64,000 bases of DNA, taken from NCBI RefSeq assembly GCF_964204865.1, contig NC_135256.1, positions 11,532,001-11,596,000 of the forward strand, read 5' to 3'. Shown here piece after piece: positions 27,699 to 40,734 of the stretch. Position 1 is the first letter of the stretch. Each line of letters opens with the position of its first letter. Source of the stretch: Styela clava (Eukaryota). The notes under the pieces are model-generated. The model ran no database searches. It was not told the origin of the DNA and saw nothing but the letters and a program-made list of their open reading frames with translations. The position numbers and the translations under genes were made by a program.

Positions 27699-30034
27699 AT
27701 CGTCCAAATGCACGGGTGGAGGCTTCAGATATCCTTGGTGTTGGGCGATTTGAAGAGAACCGCCATATGGCATTATCGATGCAGAATGAGATGAGAATAC
27801 TTGTTGATGATCCTGTGGGGATATTTGAACAGGGGAGAAGGTTGAAGTTCCAGCATGGTGATCAAGTGATAAGGGATGGCGAGGCTGGAAAGAATGACGA
27901 GATTCTGAAATTCCGGGTTCAAAGGGGTTGGACAAATGTTCGTAATGTCTTTGGAATGAATCGTGTGCATGATACTCCTCTCGCCGGGAAGGACTAACAG
28001 AAATATGCTGTTGACGGCCAACTAAAATATTTGAAAACACTGTTGACGAAGGTAAGATGCCCGGAAGAGATGATGATGGAGTCGCTCTATGGTCGCGTAC
28101 TGGAGGAGAAGGACTCATTGCGGTCGCCCTCAGATCGGGACTGTGACCTTGTGGGCCAGCATAATTTATGATGGAGTGCGAAATGCGTGACTGCTGGTAA
28201 AGAGATTGCTGTTGTTGCGACGACCCCTTTGTTGGCAATGAGTGTGGATTCATGAGATCTTCGTTGTGACGACCACTTAAAACAGCGTATGTTTTAGCTT
28301 CGTCCTGTACCATCATATGGGACGACCCGCTCGTTGAAAATAGTGAAGATAAATTTGAATCCGCCGTACTTCTTTGTCCAAATCCAGCTAAGAATGGTTC
28401 TTTGTTATAGGTTCCCAGATTAGTTCTGTTTTCTACTCCCATGTCACAAATTCCTGCCTTTCTATTCCAGTCTGACTTATCGTCGATGCATCCCAAATCG
28501 AATATTTGATTTTTATCTGGAGAAACAGCGCCTACAGTACACTGACTTTCGTTTAATCGTTTGGAATGTTGGTAAGGTCTTGGTCTAATTGAAAAAGATT
28601 TAGTGTATTTGCGGAATTCTCTATTTCTCGTATCTTTAGAAGGAAACTGTTTTTGGCCTAACTGATATTCACGTTTTTCCTGAAGTAAACATAAATTAAC
28701 AGGTTTATTATTGTCTTCCCCAGAGGAATCATGGGCATTGGAATAAGAACTGCTTACGGCAATTTTTTCACTGGGCCTGTCTAAACCTTGCCTTTCCCGC
28801 CCAGCACCTTGTGCACAATTGGCCTTACGCGTCAGTGTCTGAACAGGCAAATATGATGTGCCAACATCGTAGGAGGCAGCAGTACTTCTATCGTCATGAC
28901 TTAAGTTTATTTTCGTCCCAACAGGTAGTCTGCTTGCCCGATTAGATGCTGAGTCAAAACGAACCTTTTCAGTTGTGCCAACAATTCTATCTGATATACT
29001 GCCCGAGGCTGAGTAAGTTTTACCGATATTAGCTGAATAAATCGACGACTGTACGTCACTCGCTTGTCCGAAACTGGCTTCGTGCATTGCTGGATCAGCA
29101 CTGCCATATTCTGACTTCCGCTTCCACTCTTCTTCTAACAAACACGCGCTAGATTTATGCGATGCGTAATTCTTTGTCATCGGTAGGCTCGCATCGACGC
29201 GCTGATTAGACACTTTCTCGTCTACGCTTATATCACAGGATAAAAATTCGTCATGTGGCACGTTCAATCGACAAGAAGAATAGTTTGATATACGGCTTTT
29301 TGGTGATATTTTGTTAGTAAATATATCACTTGACTGAATATTAGCGCTTCCTCGACGCGAACGAGTTGCAGATATGGCCGTATCTAACTCACAAGAAACG
29401 CCAGACGATACGACACTTTTCAACACACTCTCGAATGTCGACGAACTATTGTCTCTGAGAGTTCGTCGATCTTCTTCGCCCGTTTTAGCGGAAGCCGAAA
29501 ATACGGCGCTATTCTCTCGTCTCGCGTCATCGAGGTTATGGTCCACAAGTACAGCTCCCTGCTTGTGTACATTTGCTATATAGTTATGACTGCAACTCGA
29601 GCTGGAACCTATTGTTTCGGAAGACAGGAAACGCCTTCCTGTTCTGCCAACGTGGGCGTGTTGTGAATGCCTCCGAACAGTGAAACCAGATTGTTCATTC
29701 GATCCTGTTACTATATCACAATTTAATCCAATATTTTCTGCGACTCTTTCCTCGCATTGCCGAGGGTACCGCATGGACATTGATGAATCGTTCCTCCCAC
29801 TGAAGCTGGGGTTACTGGAAGGAGACAGCATTTCTGGTGAAAATGGATCTCCACTCAAGTTTACGCTGGAAATTCCTTGCCCCATTGTCCTGTCCGCAAT
29901 TTTTTCGCAATCAGGATAAAATGGGTGCAACAAGTCAGGATCAAATTCTCCCATTGTGGGCGAAAGAGGCAAATCAACGGACTCACCCCTTTGTGTGGTT
30001 GCCCTTGGGCTCTCCGTCTGCAATATACAATTAT
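27699..30034 (-). CDS. fos: Fos-family bZIP transcription factor, 2.3-kb exon encoding a Ser-rich low-complexity N-terminal region
   Basis: 779-codon open frame; acceptor TTTTTTGCAG (phase 1); donor GAT|GTGAGT (phase 0) in frame with the basic-region exon. Confidence 0.85.
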
Positions 30035-30648
30035 CTGCAAAAAATATAAGGTTAAGTAAGCTATGAAGTTATCAGTATTTTATGAAATACCACTATCTCA
30101 AAAAGGAATTCCCAGTTTATACCCTATATCTTGAAAACTAACTCTTGGGTTCACGCGTTGGTTTGGCGTTCAGAATGTCTATTAACGAAAAATTTGCATA
30201 CTCTCTGGTTTATTCAGCGAACATCAGATACAGAACCCACCACTGGCTCTTGTCGGAATTTTTTTATCATCTCCCATGGGATTCGAACCTTACTGATATA
30301 TATTTGTTTGCATTTATGATATCAAACAAAAATCGTCAAATTGGATGATAACCACCCAAATATACAGTTTACGTTACGTACAGTCGACAACTATTTATGT
30401 ACCGCCTGCTACACAAAATCGATACTTCAGTATAATATCGTTTATTATCTCCGATTTGTACTTGAGAAGAACTAGCTAAAATCTCGCCATTTTGTTTCAT
30501 TACGCACAACATATTAAACACGAATTCTTTTAGCAAAAATATATTCATTTGTCTTGAGTAAACACTAGATAAGTTCGATGGGGAATTACTTAGCCATGAA
30601 ATAATTAGGAGAGAATTGTAATTACGGTGATTAAGTTATGTCACAAAC

Positions 30649-30741
30649 CTGGCCATTTCGGTGCAGCTTTGGGGGTCCCTCTTTACCACAAACATCTCTC
30701 GTTTTATCGGCGACGATAAAATGGCGGAGGAAAGCGCCCCG
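30649..30741 (-). other. Candidate 93-nt alternative exon of the Fos-like gene (5'UTR or poison exon)
   Basis: GC-rich island bounded by TCTGTAG| and CAG|GTTTGT; contains TAA in the phase 1-1 frame. Confidence 0.4.
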
Positions 30742-31434
30742 CTACAGATATATTTATACGACTCGGTGTAATTTTTAATTGTGTAATAACTGATATATAT
30801 GAAAGCTCCAGGTTTACAGAACCTTGATCATTATTGTCGATGACTATGAAACATTATTACTCAGTAAAAGGGCAAAAATATAATCGATGTTAATCTCCAT
30901 TATGGTAAAAATACAATAGAACTAATTATGAAAATAAAATGGATCAACTAAGTTATTGAAGAGGTATTTAAAGCTTATATATGCTAAATAAACAATGGAC
31001 GATCACGTTATTTCAAATAAAGTTCCAATTTTCTTGAAACTAAGCGAGGACTTCCTGCCTGCGTCCGTATGCTCAATTTAATTAGTCAGAGGTAGCATTA
31101 TTTCATAGGTCATGACATTTAAATTGCAAATCCAAAAAACTAGTACCGGGATTCTATTAACGCTTTTAATAGGGTGGAGTACAGAAAGAGGTTAATGAAA
31201 TGGGTGAGTAGAGACGAATTGTCGCCACGTTCATTAAATTAGCGATCTTAAATTCATGAACAAATATCTTAATTTACTAACAACGAAAAATATTATATAT
31301 AGCGAATTAAATACAATATTGCCAGATATGCTTTAAGTTTAAAACCACGTTGAAAAGATTTATCAGAGTATTATAAATATATCCGCAAATAAAATAAAAA
31401 TGAGATTCGGCAATCGATGGCCAAAATTACTTAC

Positions 31435-31700
31435 AAAATTGGGTTAAATGAATACTGTTAATATTCGTATTTGCCACGTTTTGAAGGGAATACAGTCAAC
31501 TTTCTGTCACGTGAATCCCGTCTTCTATCAATTTGGGGTTATTTTTTTGAGCGAGACCGTGTTGATTCAAAAACTTTTATAACTTTTAAAGTAGTATATG
31601 TCTTGGAATATACAAAACCATAGAAACTGTTGATAATCTTTTTTGTTTTAAACTCTACCGAAGCATTCATAAATCATCGTTGTATGTAGCTTATATATAG
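31435..31700 (-). promoter_or_regulatory. Candidate proximal TATA promoter and non-coding first exon of the Fos-like gene
   Basis: CTATATATAA at 31691-31700 (minus strand) followed ~260 nt later by donor TTTT|GTAAGT at 31435/31434. Confidence 0.35.
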
Positions 31701-32859
31701 CATTTGCCCCTTTAATTATTTAATGATGATTATCGCGACATAAATCGACCCCGAGTGAATCAGAATTACCTTTTTCGTTACACTGAACAGAGGTACGCGG
31801 AAGATTGGCAACGATGCCTTACTCTCGTTTGGACAGGTTAAATATAAAATTATAAAATAATCTCACGACACGATGCAAAATTATATCAGATTAGTCAAGG
31901 AAGAGGAAACAAATTTTGTTGATAACATTCAGAATCACGTCAATTAACTTTATTGTCAATACGTCAATGTAAAAAAAGAGTGTGATATCGATGTATTTGT
32001 ATAAAATTTCTCTAAAATAGAATCCTGGACACTGAACAATACGTTTTGTAATTTACACATATATACTTTAGAACCAACTATGGACCAAATCAGTGGTTCC
32101 CAACTGGAGGTTGGTAGGCTGCCAGGGGTCTAAGTTAACATTTACGGGAGAACGTGTGCTTTTGATATACATAATAGGAACAGAAAAGTGAAATAAAATG
32201 AAAAATATAGAGAAAACACGAAATTTTGATCCTATGTTTTATAAAGTATACAAAAAATAAGGAGCCATTTCGTCAATGGAACGTATGGCACTGTTGTCTG
32301 GAGCATAAAGAGATTGGTCGTAGCATTACGAATGAGAAACATGTATATAGTTTCGGAGCTCAATGATATCAAAGATATAATTAGTACATTACGAAACGCA
32401 AAAATTGTTAAGACATTATACTTTCGAATTCAAAATAGTATGAAATTGCTGTAATACCAAAGATTACTTGCTAATAATCTTATTGCATGTCAATTAAACC
32501 CGATTAAGATTAATATATGTTTATTTATTACTCAAATATGTTTACTATATATATACATAATATGCGCCAAGTGATTTGTTTAAATATGAACTCTTTCGAG
32601 GAACCCTCAGACATCCGTTCTACTTAATACTTAATACAGCACTGTTGATGAACATTTCGTTTTTAAGTACAGTAAATACGGAATAAATATAAATGATTAA
32701 TGGAGTATTCAAACGTTCGAAGTTAGGAGTTAAAGATAACCAGTATATCGATATATCTAAAATATATTAACGTTAGATTTATTACCACAAGTACATGGGC
32801 ATATTGCTTCATTTTGACTATTTTTTCCCATGACTTATAACAATACAAAACCAATTTTA

Positions 32860-33060
32860 ACTATGATTTATATATATTTTTCCTAAAATTACCGAAAAAT
32901 ACGCTTTGTTGAATATTATATATGGCCAGTTCAAAACGTGCTGCTACTATTCTGTCATGATGAATTCGAATCTATAAGGTTTCTTATTTTCTCCCAATAT
33001 GTTGATATGCTGGCTTTATTGGAGATTTTCGAGAAATCCTGCCCCAAAACGAGGCATTAT
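32860..33060 (+). repeat. Dispersed partial copy of the ~360-bp tandem repeat at 47.4-48.4 kb
   Basis: Shares tattatatatggccag...ctactattctgtcatgatgaattcgaatcta...tgctggcttta with 47868-47970. Confidence 0.75.
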
Positions 33061-36000
33061 TGAAATTCAGTCAATTCCAAACAACCCTCTGATACAGCAT
33101 GGAATTTGAAATTGGGACTGTGTCTATATATTACAAAGATGAATAGTGTGATGAATAATTGTTTCACTTTAATTGCTGTCGTTAGATCACTCAAAATATA
33201 CATTTCCTAGCACAAAAAAAAAGACTTATAACAAGAGTTTTGTCGTCAATATCTTTTTGATGCTGGCAATTTGAAAGCCTTAATCACATCAGTCATGTCT
33301 AACATTTTTTATGGATCGAATGTTTAAAATGTGCATCGGAACTCCGCTTCTTATAAATTAAAATATGATTAGGTAGGGGTCGAGTACAGTTTTAAAATAT
33401 TTATCGTATAAGTCGACGTTAATCCATTACCCTTACTAACAAAAAAGAATTGAGTAGGTATGGTGAGAATGGCAAACCTACTTGATTGGTTGGTTTACAT
33501 CAGCATCTTCCGAGAATACAAATTGTTTGGAAACAAGTTCGTAAAATTGTTTGTATTTTTGGTATTTGTTTCCAGAGCACGAACCCACTTACAAATCTTC
33601 GCATGTGTTTTCGTTTAATTAGGATGGCCAACGGTTAGACTGAAGAGCTCTGTGAGCCATCTTTTTTTCATCTATCTTTCGTGGATGTCGAATCTGAATG
33701 ACTCGATTATGGCAATTAATGCTCAAATTACTTTTGAATTCGTTATTTGTAGAGGAAAAGCAATCTACTTGCGAAACATCTCAGCAGTGTAAAGTAACGT
33801 AAATTATAAGATACCCATCAAACCAGTTTTGCTTGCGATGATATCATGACTAGATTAGAGTTTACACTCACGCAGATGGAATTCTGATATATTTTCTGTT
33901 TCTCAGATTTGTAGATTAAAATTCATTCACTTGAAAAACAGCAATCTTGCTGCTATTGTTTAATTTTGGTGTCAATTTACTGGATTTTACAAGAAATGAG
34001 CATTATATTGAAAAATAAATCGGAAATATGAACGAATTTCCTGAAAGATTATGGTAGTTTGATCAAAAAGACTCACGGACGTAAACTGTTGGCGTTTCCA
34101 CCTCTCGCATCATAAGTTCGGCAACATTTTATATTGAAACTGACCGAATTTCAATCAAATTGTGTATACATGAGGGTGTTATATTATTCGAATAGCGTCT
34201 GTGTACATTTCATCCATAAAAAAAGGTGATCTCTGAGCCAAATACGCAGCATTTTGTAGATGGGATCGAGTTTACAGTACGGACGACGATTTGGAGTCAA
34301 TCATATTTGATTTTTTTCAACCTCGGTACAATACGGTAACAAGAGCACCAACACAAATATGACAACAGTAATCAATCCAACGACATATCAATGATTTGTA
34401 TAAGATAAGCGCGCACTTACGGGACGGGACATATACGAAATGGCAACGCAAAGAGGTCCAAGTTTCGAGCCACATACTTTCATTTCTAAATACTTAGATA
34501 TATTCAGACCAACTATAGTAAACAAAATTTATATGATTCGACCAGTATTCATTCCTTCGGACAATGAAAAAATTAGAGTTGTTAAACTAGAAGCTTAAGG
34601 AACAATATGAGTGTTCATCGGGTGTAAAACTGAATATGCCGATGTATTCATCTTTAGTTTAATATTTTATCGTCATATGTTATGCAGTAAAAGACAAACT
34701 ATTCAATAATGATAAAGATTATGTTGAATATCCATGCTATGTTGTCAATGACCTTTTCTGTTATGCCGCATTATTACTTGCATTAATTCGTGATCCGTGA
34801 TTAAGCGCTGTATTGGTTTTTGCAAAAAAGTGTTTTACTTGGAATTCAAAAATAATCTATCGAAGGATAAATCATCGTCGGGTCAAAGGCATTAAAATAT
34901 GATATGATTAGTATTGTATGTATGTGTGATATGAAATAAAATCTTAAAATTTAAAACCTGATTTGAAAAACATTGCACAGAATATACAAAAAGCTTATCC
35001 CGAATTGAACAATGTAATAAAGATGTAATTTTATTACTTATTCTGCGAGAGTTGGGCGACTTTAGGCATCTTTCTAATGTGGTTATATTTATTGGATGTC
35101 GAAGATATCTTCCAGCACTCAAATATTTTGTGGACTGTTTTTGGAACAGGAAATGGTCGAAGTCCCTAGAAATCTGTTATTTTTATACTTCAATTTTCTC
35201 GATGGACCCCAATATTTCACCCCAAATATTGTTTTTTTTTTCTAACGCACGAAAACACCTTTCTATGATATTCGGTACACACCTTCATATGACCTTCGAT
35301 AGAATTCTCTTAACATTTGGATAATTTTTTCTAACTTTTGTGTCAATATATTTGAGTATTGCTTTCTAGTTATTTTTAAATTATCGTACAAAACGATTCA
35401 GTCGGAACATAGTCGTAAAGTAAGACTAAAACATTAATAAAATATGATTTAAGATTCGATCATGTTCGATAGCAAAAAAATGACTCTCAATTGAATCGTG
35501 CCTAGAGCAATATTTACTATTACGGATTGTATTTGGAACTCAAAGACACACCACGGGCAACAATATCATACTATAACAGCTTTTGTAATTATCTTCGAAG
35601 GGCCATCAGCTAGCATAGCCTTGTGTCCTTAGTTTATTATTACCATGCCCCAAGTTAAGAATAGACTAAATTTAATTGACTAGAGAAGAGATTGGTATCT
35701 CGGGACATTTTTGTTTTTACGGTCAGGATAACGTGTCAAGTATAATTCGAATGATTCAGGCATGATTATAAATACAACATGTCTTTTCAGGATATGTTAT
35801 CGCGGACAGGATCAACAAATGAATGCAACCTTTCATTTCGTAAGCCCATGTTCATAAGAAGTATGAATAAAAAGCTAATCGACGAGCTCGGTACACTGAT
35901 GATTTCATTCAGGTCATGTCTGTTGGGCATTTTCAGTTCGCGTGTGCTTACGAAACGGTGATTTCATCATCGCGGTATTGGAAAAGCCTATCTGCACGTG

Positions 36001-36632
36001 GTTATTACCTTAATTCATACAGTTTATAAAAAGGCTTTGTTCGGCGTTACCTAAAAGTACACTGACATTGACAGTTTCTTCATTGATTTCCGATTAACAT
36101 TGGCCTCGGGCAAACAAAATGGCGGTTAGGAACAATTGACAAGCGCTTTTACATGTCTGTATTAGTCTATCAGTTAAATTTCGCTGTTATATCTATTCAG
36201 ATTTACTACTGAATGTACTTTTTGAATTTCAATGGTCGTATGTTCATCAAAAATACGTTAGACTAGGTTTCAACACTAACTAAACCAAGATTGACAGATG
36301 ATTCATATTGAAGACGTTGAAAGACGAAGTTTATCCATCAAACTATTTTGAAACAATTATAGTTAATATGTAACAAAGTCGTCATGCTATGTTTCAACAT
36401 ATAATTATAGAATAATTCTACTAATTCTAGTAAGTTAGCACTTTTTATTATTACATATATATGAACCTTACATTTCAAACCCAGTGCTAAACTTTTGCGA
36501 AAGATTCGCCATTTTGGTTTGTATCCATGTTGCTGGAATATAAGAAAAACGTGCGAGGCAACAGCAGAGAGGATTTTGTCAACCGTTTTTCATATTCTCC
36601 AAATCAATATTATTTTAATAAAGTTAACTCAC

Positions 36633-36759
36633 CTCCGCCTTCTTCTCTAAGCACATCCATACAAGCATCAATCACTTCAGAAGGCTTGGTATACTTTCTT
36701 GCCATCACGTTCGATGTCACCACATAAGCACCAGGTGGAGAATCTTCTCTGATTTTCAT
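36633..36759 (-). CDS. fos: Fos-family bZIP transcription factor, probable first coding exon
   Basis: ATG at 36757-36759; MKIREDSPPGAYVVTSNVMARKYTKPSEVIDACMDVLREEGG; donor G|GTGAGT phase 1 joins in frame to the acceptor at 30034; total CDS 2844 nt = 947 aa + stop. Confidence 0.6.
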
Positions 36760-38401
36760 TTGCTACTGAGAGTTGCCGATGCATTCGATAAACATTGATA
36801 GTGATTGATTCTTTCTAATAGTGACTGATTTCATAAAACTCCTAGCGAATCACTCGAAATCGAAAAGCAAGTCTGCGCTGATGACACATGACTTCAAATA
36901 TTCCAATCTAACATAGGACCTATCCTTCATTAAAATTAAATAACGCAACAATGAAGTTTATTCCACTACGTTTAAAATGAATCTTTCCTATGCTGGTATC
37001 ATCTATTTCGAAGATATACCTAGTTTTGTTCATCGCAGGTTCAGACGCGATTTTTGTCAAAAAAGGGTAGAGCCACGTGAATCAGTTTTGTCTGGAATGG
37101 CATTCCACAGACATTCCGGTGATGACTGCCTGAAAAAAGTTGTCAATTCGTACGCGTGGATCGCAAATCTGAAAGAAACCTATGCTTTAAAAATCTACAG
37201 TATCACATATCGAACGTGTATAGCAAAATACCGTACATATACCCTTTACGGAATTGTGTAGCGAAGACGACTATGTGATATCATAATTATGAATCATCAA
37301 ACAGGAATAGTGATCAAGGATACCGCGACTCGTTCTTAACACGTTGTACACTTGCTTGGTTAATTGGATATTACTTCATAAGAGTAGAAGATACAATGGT
37401 TCATCTTCAAGTTATACGGATATTAAAAACTTCCGCCGGAGCTAAAATACAGGAAATTTGTGAACTGTGGCTTTGGGACAGTGTGAGGAAAAATGCCCCG
37501 CCTGCTGACGTCATTAAATCAACAACCAACCAAATCTTTCGCGAATACGAAAACAACTTTCAACAATTGTGATGATTCATCTATACCCACGGAAACCGTC
37601 TTGTACGCAATTTGTTCTTTGAGAATAGCAGCAATCTGTACCCTTTATAGCATTATTCACGGACGAAATTCCAATGTGTGGTTTCAATAATAGTGTCAAT
37701 TATTATTTTTATTTATACCACATTTATACGACTACACGGAGAGCAGATAAAACGAAAGTATATAAAACAGTCATACGAGTTTGTACTCCATTTTCGATTT
37801 CATGCCTTATTATTAAATGTCGACTGTTAATGAAAACATCAATATATTAGCATTTCATGTAAACCTTTGACAATTTGAATAATTAATTAATGGGTTTGGG
37901 TTCAGATTTATTCTTACATACAGTTTTACTTTAACTGAGTGAAATAGACTAAACTGAAATTAAATATCTGTATTTTGAAATTGGAAGTGTCACATAAATA
38001 GAGGTTATTCGTTGCTCGATAAGTAAGTAAAAAACACCAAGTAAAATTTGCAAAACACTCTCTAATAATAATTCATCAGTCATTAAAGAATTAAAGTTAA
38101 TAAGACTTCATGTTGGCAAAATATGAACGGAATGAAATATTGACTTTGTTTACGTTCCCTGGTCGAAAATCCCGATGTTGTTCATCAACCTCGGTATTAT
38201 TTAATGAAGCTTAATTACGAATACTTCGAACTTAGAATTTATGCGCGGCCTGAATAATAGTAGAATGTTGCTCATTAGTGAAATTGTTGTTCGAAAGTTC
38301 TATATCCAAATGAAGCTATCCAACTCCAAACAGATTGCAGCAGCAATAATATTAGCGAAAAATTTAAATGTTATACTGAAGAATAATTAACTTCATAAGT
38401 C

Positions 38402-38600
38402 GGCGCTCCAGAAGTATGTGTACCAATATGGAGGTAACTAATTTTGTTCGCCTATTCTAAATCAGGTTAGGTAAAGGGACGGACTGATATTCACTTAGCT
38501 AACACAGACAGACCCCGAACTCGTATTAGAAATAAAATAAGGAAAATCGGAATAAAAGTATGGCCTAACCATAACCTGGTACAGACACCACGAGAGTGCC
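38402..38600. mobile_element. Second member of the GG..CC MITE family
   Basis: ggcgctccagaagtatgtgtacca ... tggtacagacaccacgagagtgcc; TSD cataagtc / cctaagtc (7/8); internal ggttagg / cctaacc motifs. Confidence 0.65.
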
Positions 38601-40734
38601 CCTAAGTCGTTGTAAATAACAAAGAAGTCTGAAAATATCGATTTGGTGGAGACTTTCAAATACTGTTTATTAGTAGTTTATTAGTAGAACTGGCATTTGT
38701 AACCATTTTCCAGTGTCAAAGTATTCCATAAATTATACCAAAAATATTAAATTATTTTTTTTTTTTTTGTTTCTTTTTAACGCATTATATAGTATTTGCA
38801 TCAACACCACAGGGCGCTTTAAATGATTAACTCCGCATTACCTTGGCGACGATGACTCTGTTGTATAAAATTTGTCATTTACCGCTCCCCATAATCACAA
38901 CATCGCCAGATGCCATTACGACCAGTCCAAAATTTCTTAACCAAAATCAACCTCAACGATATAAATTGATTATTAAAACTCACCATTTCCAAAAATTACA
39001 AATATGATCTTGTAGTTTTAATTACTTATTAACGTGCATTAATAAATAATAGTTTAAAAAGGCTTATGCGAAAAGAAAAATAGCTTTTTCCGTAAAAGCA
39101 GATTTTAGTATCCTACCGTGAAAAATTCATTTTGTTATTATATAGTTTTAATTAGAATATGCTCAAGTGTTCTGTGACATCTTTTCAAATATCTAAGAGA
39201 TTAAACAAACACCAACAAGACGCTAATAAAATTTGAACATCATCGATTACATTTTGGTGTGCAAAATTAAAGAAATACCGAAAACCGCTCAAATATGGGC
39301 GCAAGTTTGTGCTATTCTCCTCATTTTATACTAGCTTTGTTCTTACACGCCCATTATAGCGTTTTCTGGGTATCGTCGGTTATTGATAGCTGCAAATACG
39401 TTTTTGTTATTATTCCGCAGCAGGTCCACAAGATTCCATTTAAATAATAAAAAAATTCTTTACGAATGAAATACCATTGAAGACCAGCTGATGCATGATC
39501 TCAGGTAAAAAGAAACAGTACATGCCCCGTATATATGTGTAGAAACGATATCACTGTCTATAAGATCACCGAGGTTTATACACTTTCGAATTGTGAGATT
39601 TTGTACTCAAGTGTGACACCAAGCGTCCACATTGAACATTTTCCAAAGAACCTAAACCTGGCTCTGAGACCGTTTCTGCTGGTTTCATTTTCTTGAAATA
39701 TATATTCGTCGCTTACCACTTGATAAATTAAGATGGAGATTACACATAGCAAATTTTAATGAAAATCTCAAATTCATTTGGGCGTTTAAATTTGGTATAT
39801 ATATACACGGAAAATATTAATTTGGCAAAGAAAGCAAGGGTTCTGTAATGAATACAAATTGTTGACATTTGAAAAACAACGCATAGGCATTTCGCGTAGG
39901 CCTATGTAACGTGTCACCAGTAATAAATCAATAACTTGTAAACAAACTCTGAAACCCCATCACTGTGATTTTGCGGCATATATGCTTTTTATAGTCGGCC
40001 ACTGGGTAAAAATTCGTATTTCCTTATGTTTGCTGGCGACAGGCATGATATGGCTAAAAAGATATTTTATCGCGATTCAGTTCGCTACGGCGAAAGATTT
40101 ACGTTTTCCATTAGCGCATCCAGTGACCAAGTTACTTCTCCATCCACTTGAATAATAGGTGAATCTTTCAATTCTGAAGCATGTGTGGTGAACAACATCA
40201 GTTGAAAACTATTTATTGGTATTTCTGGCTTTATTTTCTCCCATTTCCATTCGACTTTTTTTACTTCTTAGAATGGCTACAGCCAATATCTAGGAACATT
40301 TCTGAAACTATAATAGTATAAAAGTAATGCTTTTCGCCAATATGTCGAAACTTCTATCAGATTATTGCATTGAGAGTAGTTCCACCCTTTGCCGACAAAA
40401 TCTGCTATTGGTGACTTATCGCTGAAAAGCTTCTGTGTGCTACTGCGACCATTGTTGGCAAAAAAGTAACACAGACGTTAATAATTGTACATTGGTTTAA
40501 TATATTGAATTGGATATATATATATATATATCGTCCCGCTAATAACCGATTTGCGTCAGTAATTTTTGACGAATTTATGTTTTCTCGTTAAAACCTACCT
40601 GTGTGATGTTGCGCACCAGCCTGTTATTATTAAACGAATAATAAAACGTTTTTCTGAGGGAAGAAACCATTTTGCCTAAAGTCATTGATGTGACATACGC
40701 AATTTTGTAACTTTCTCAATGTTAACCAATGCGT

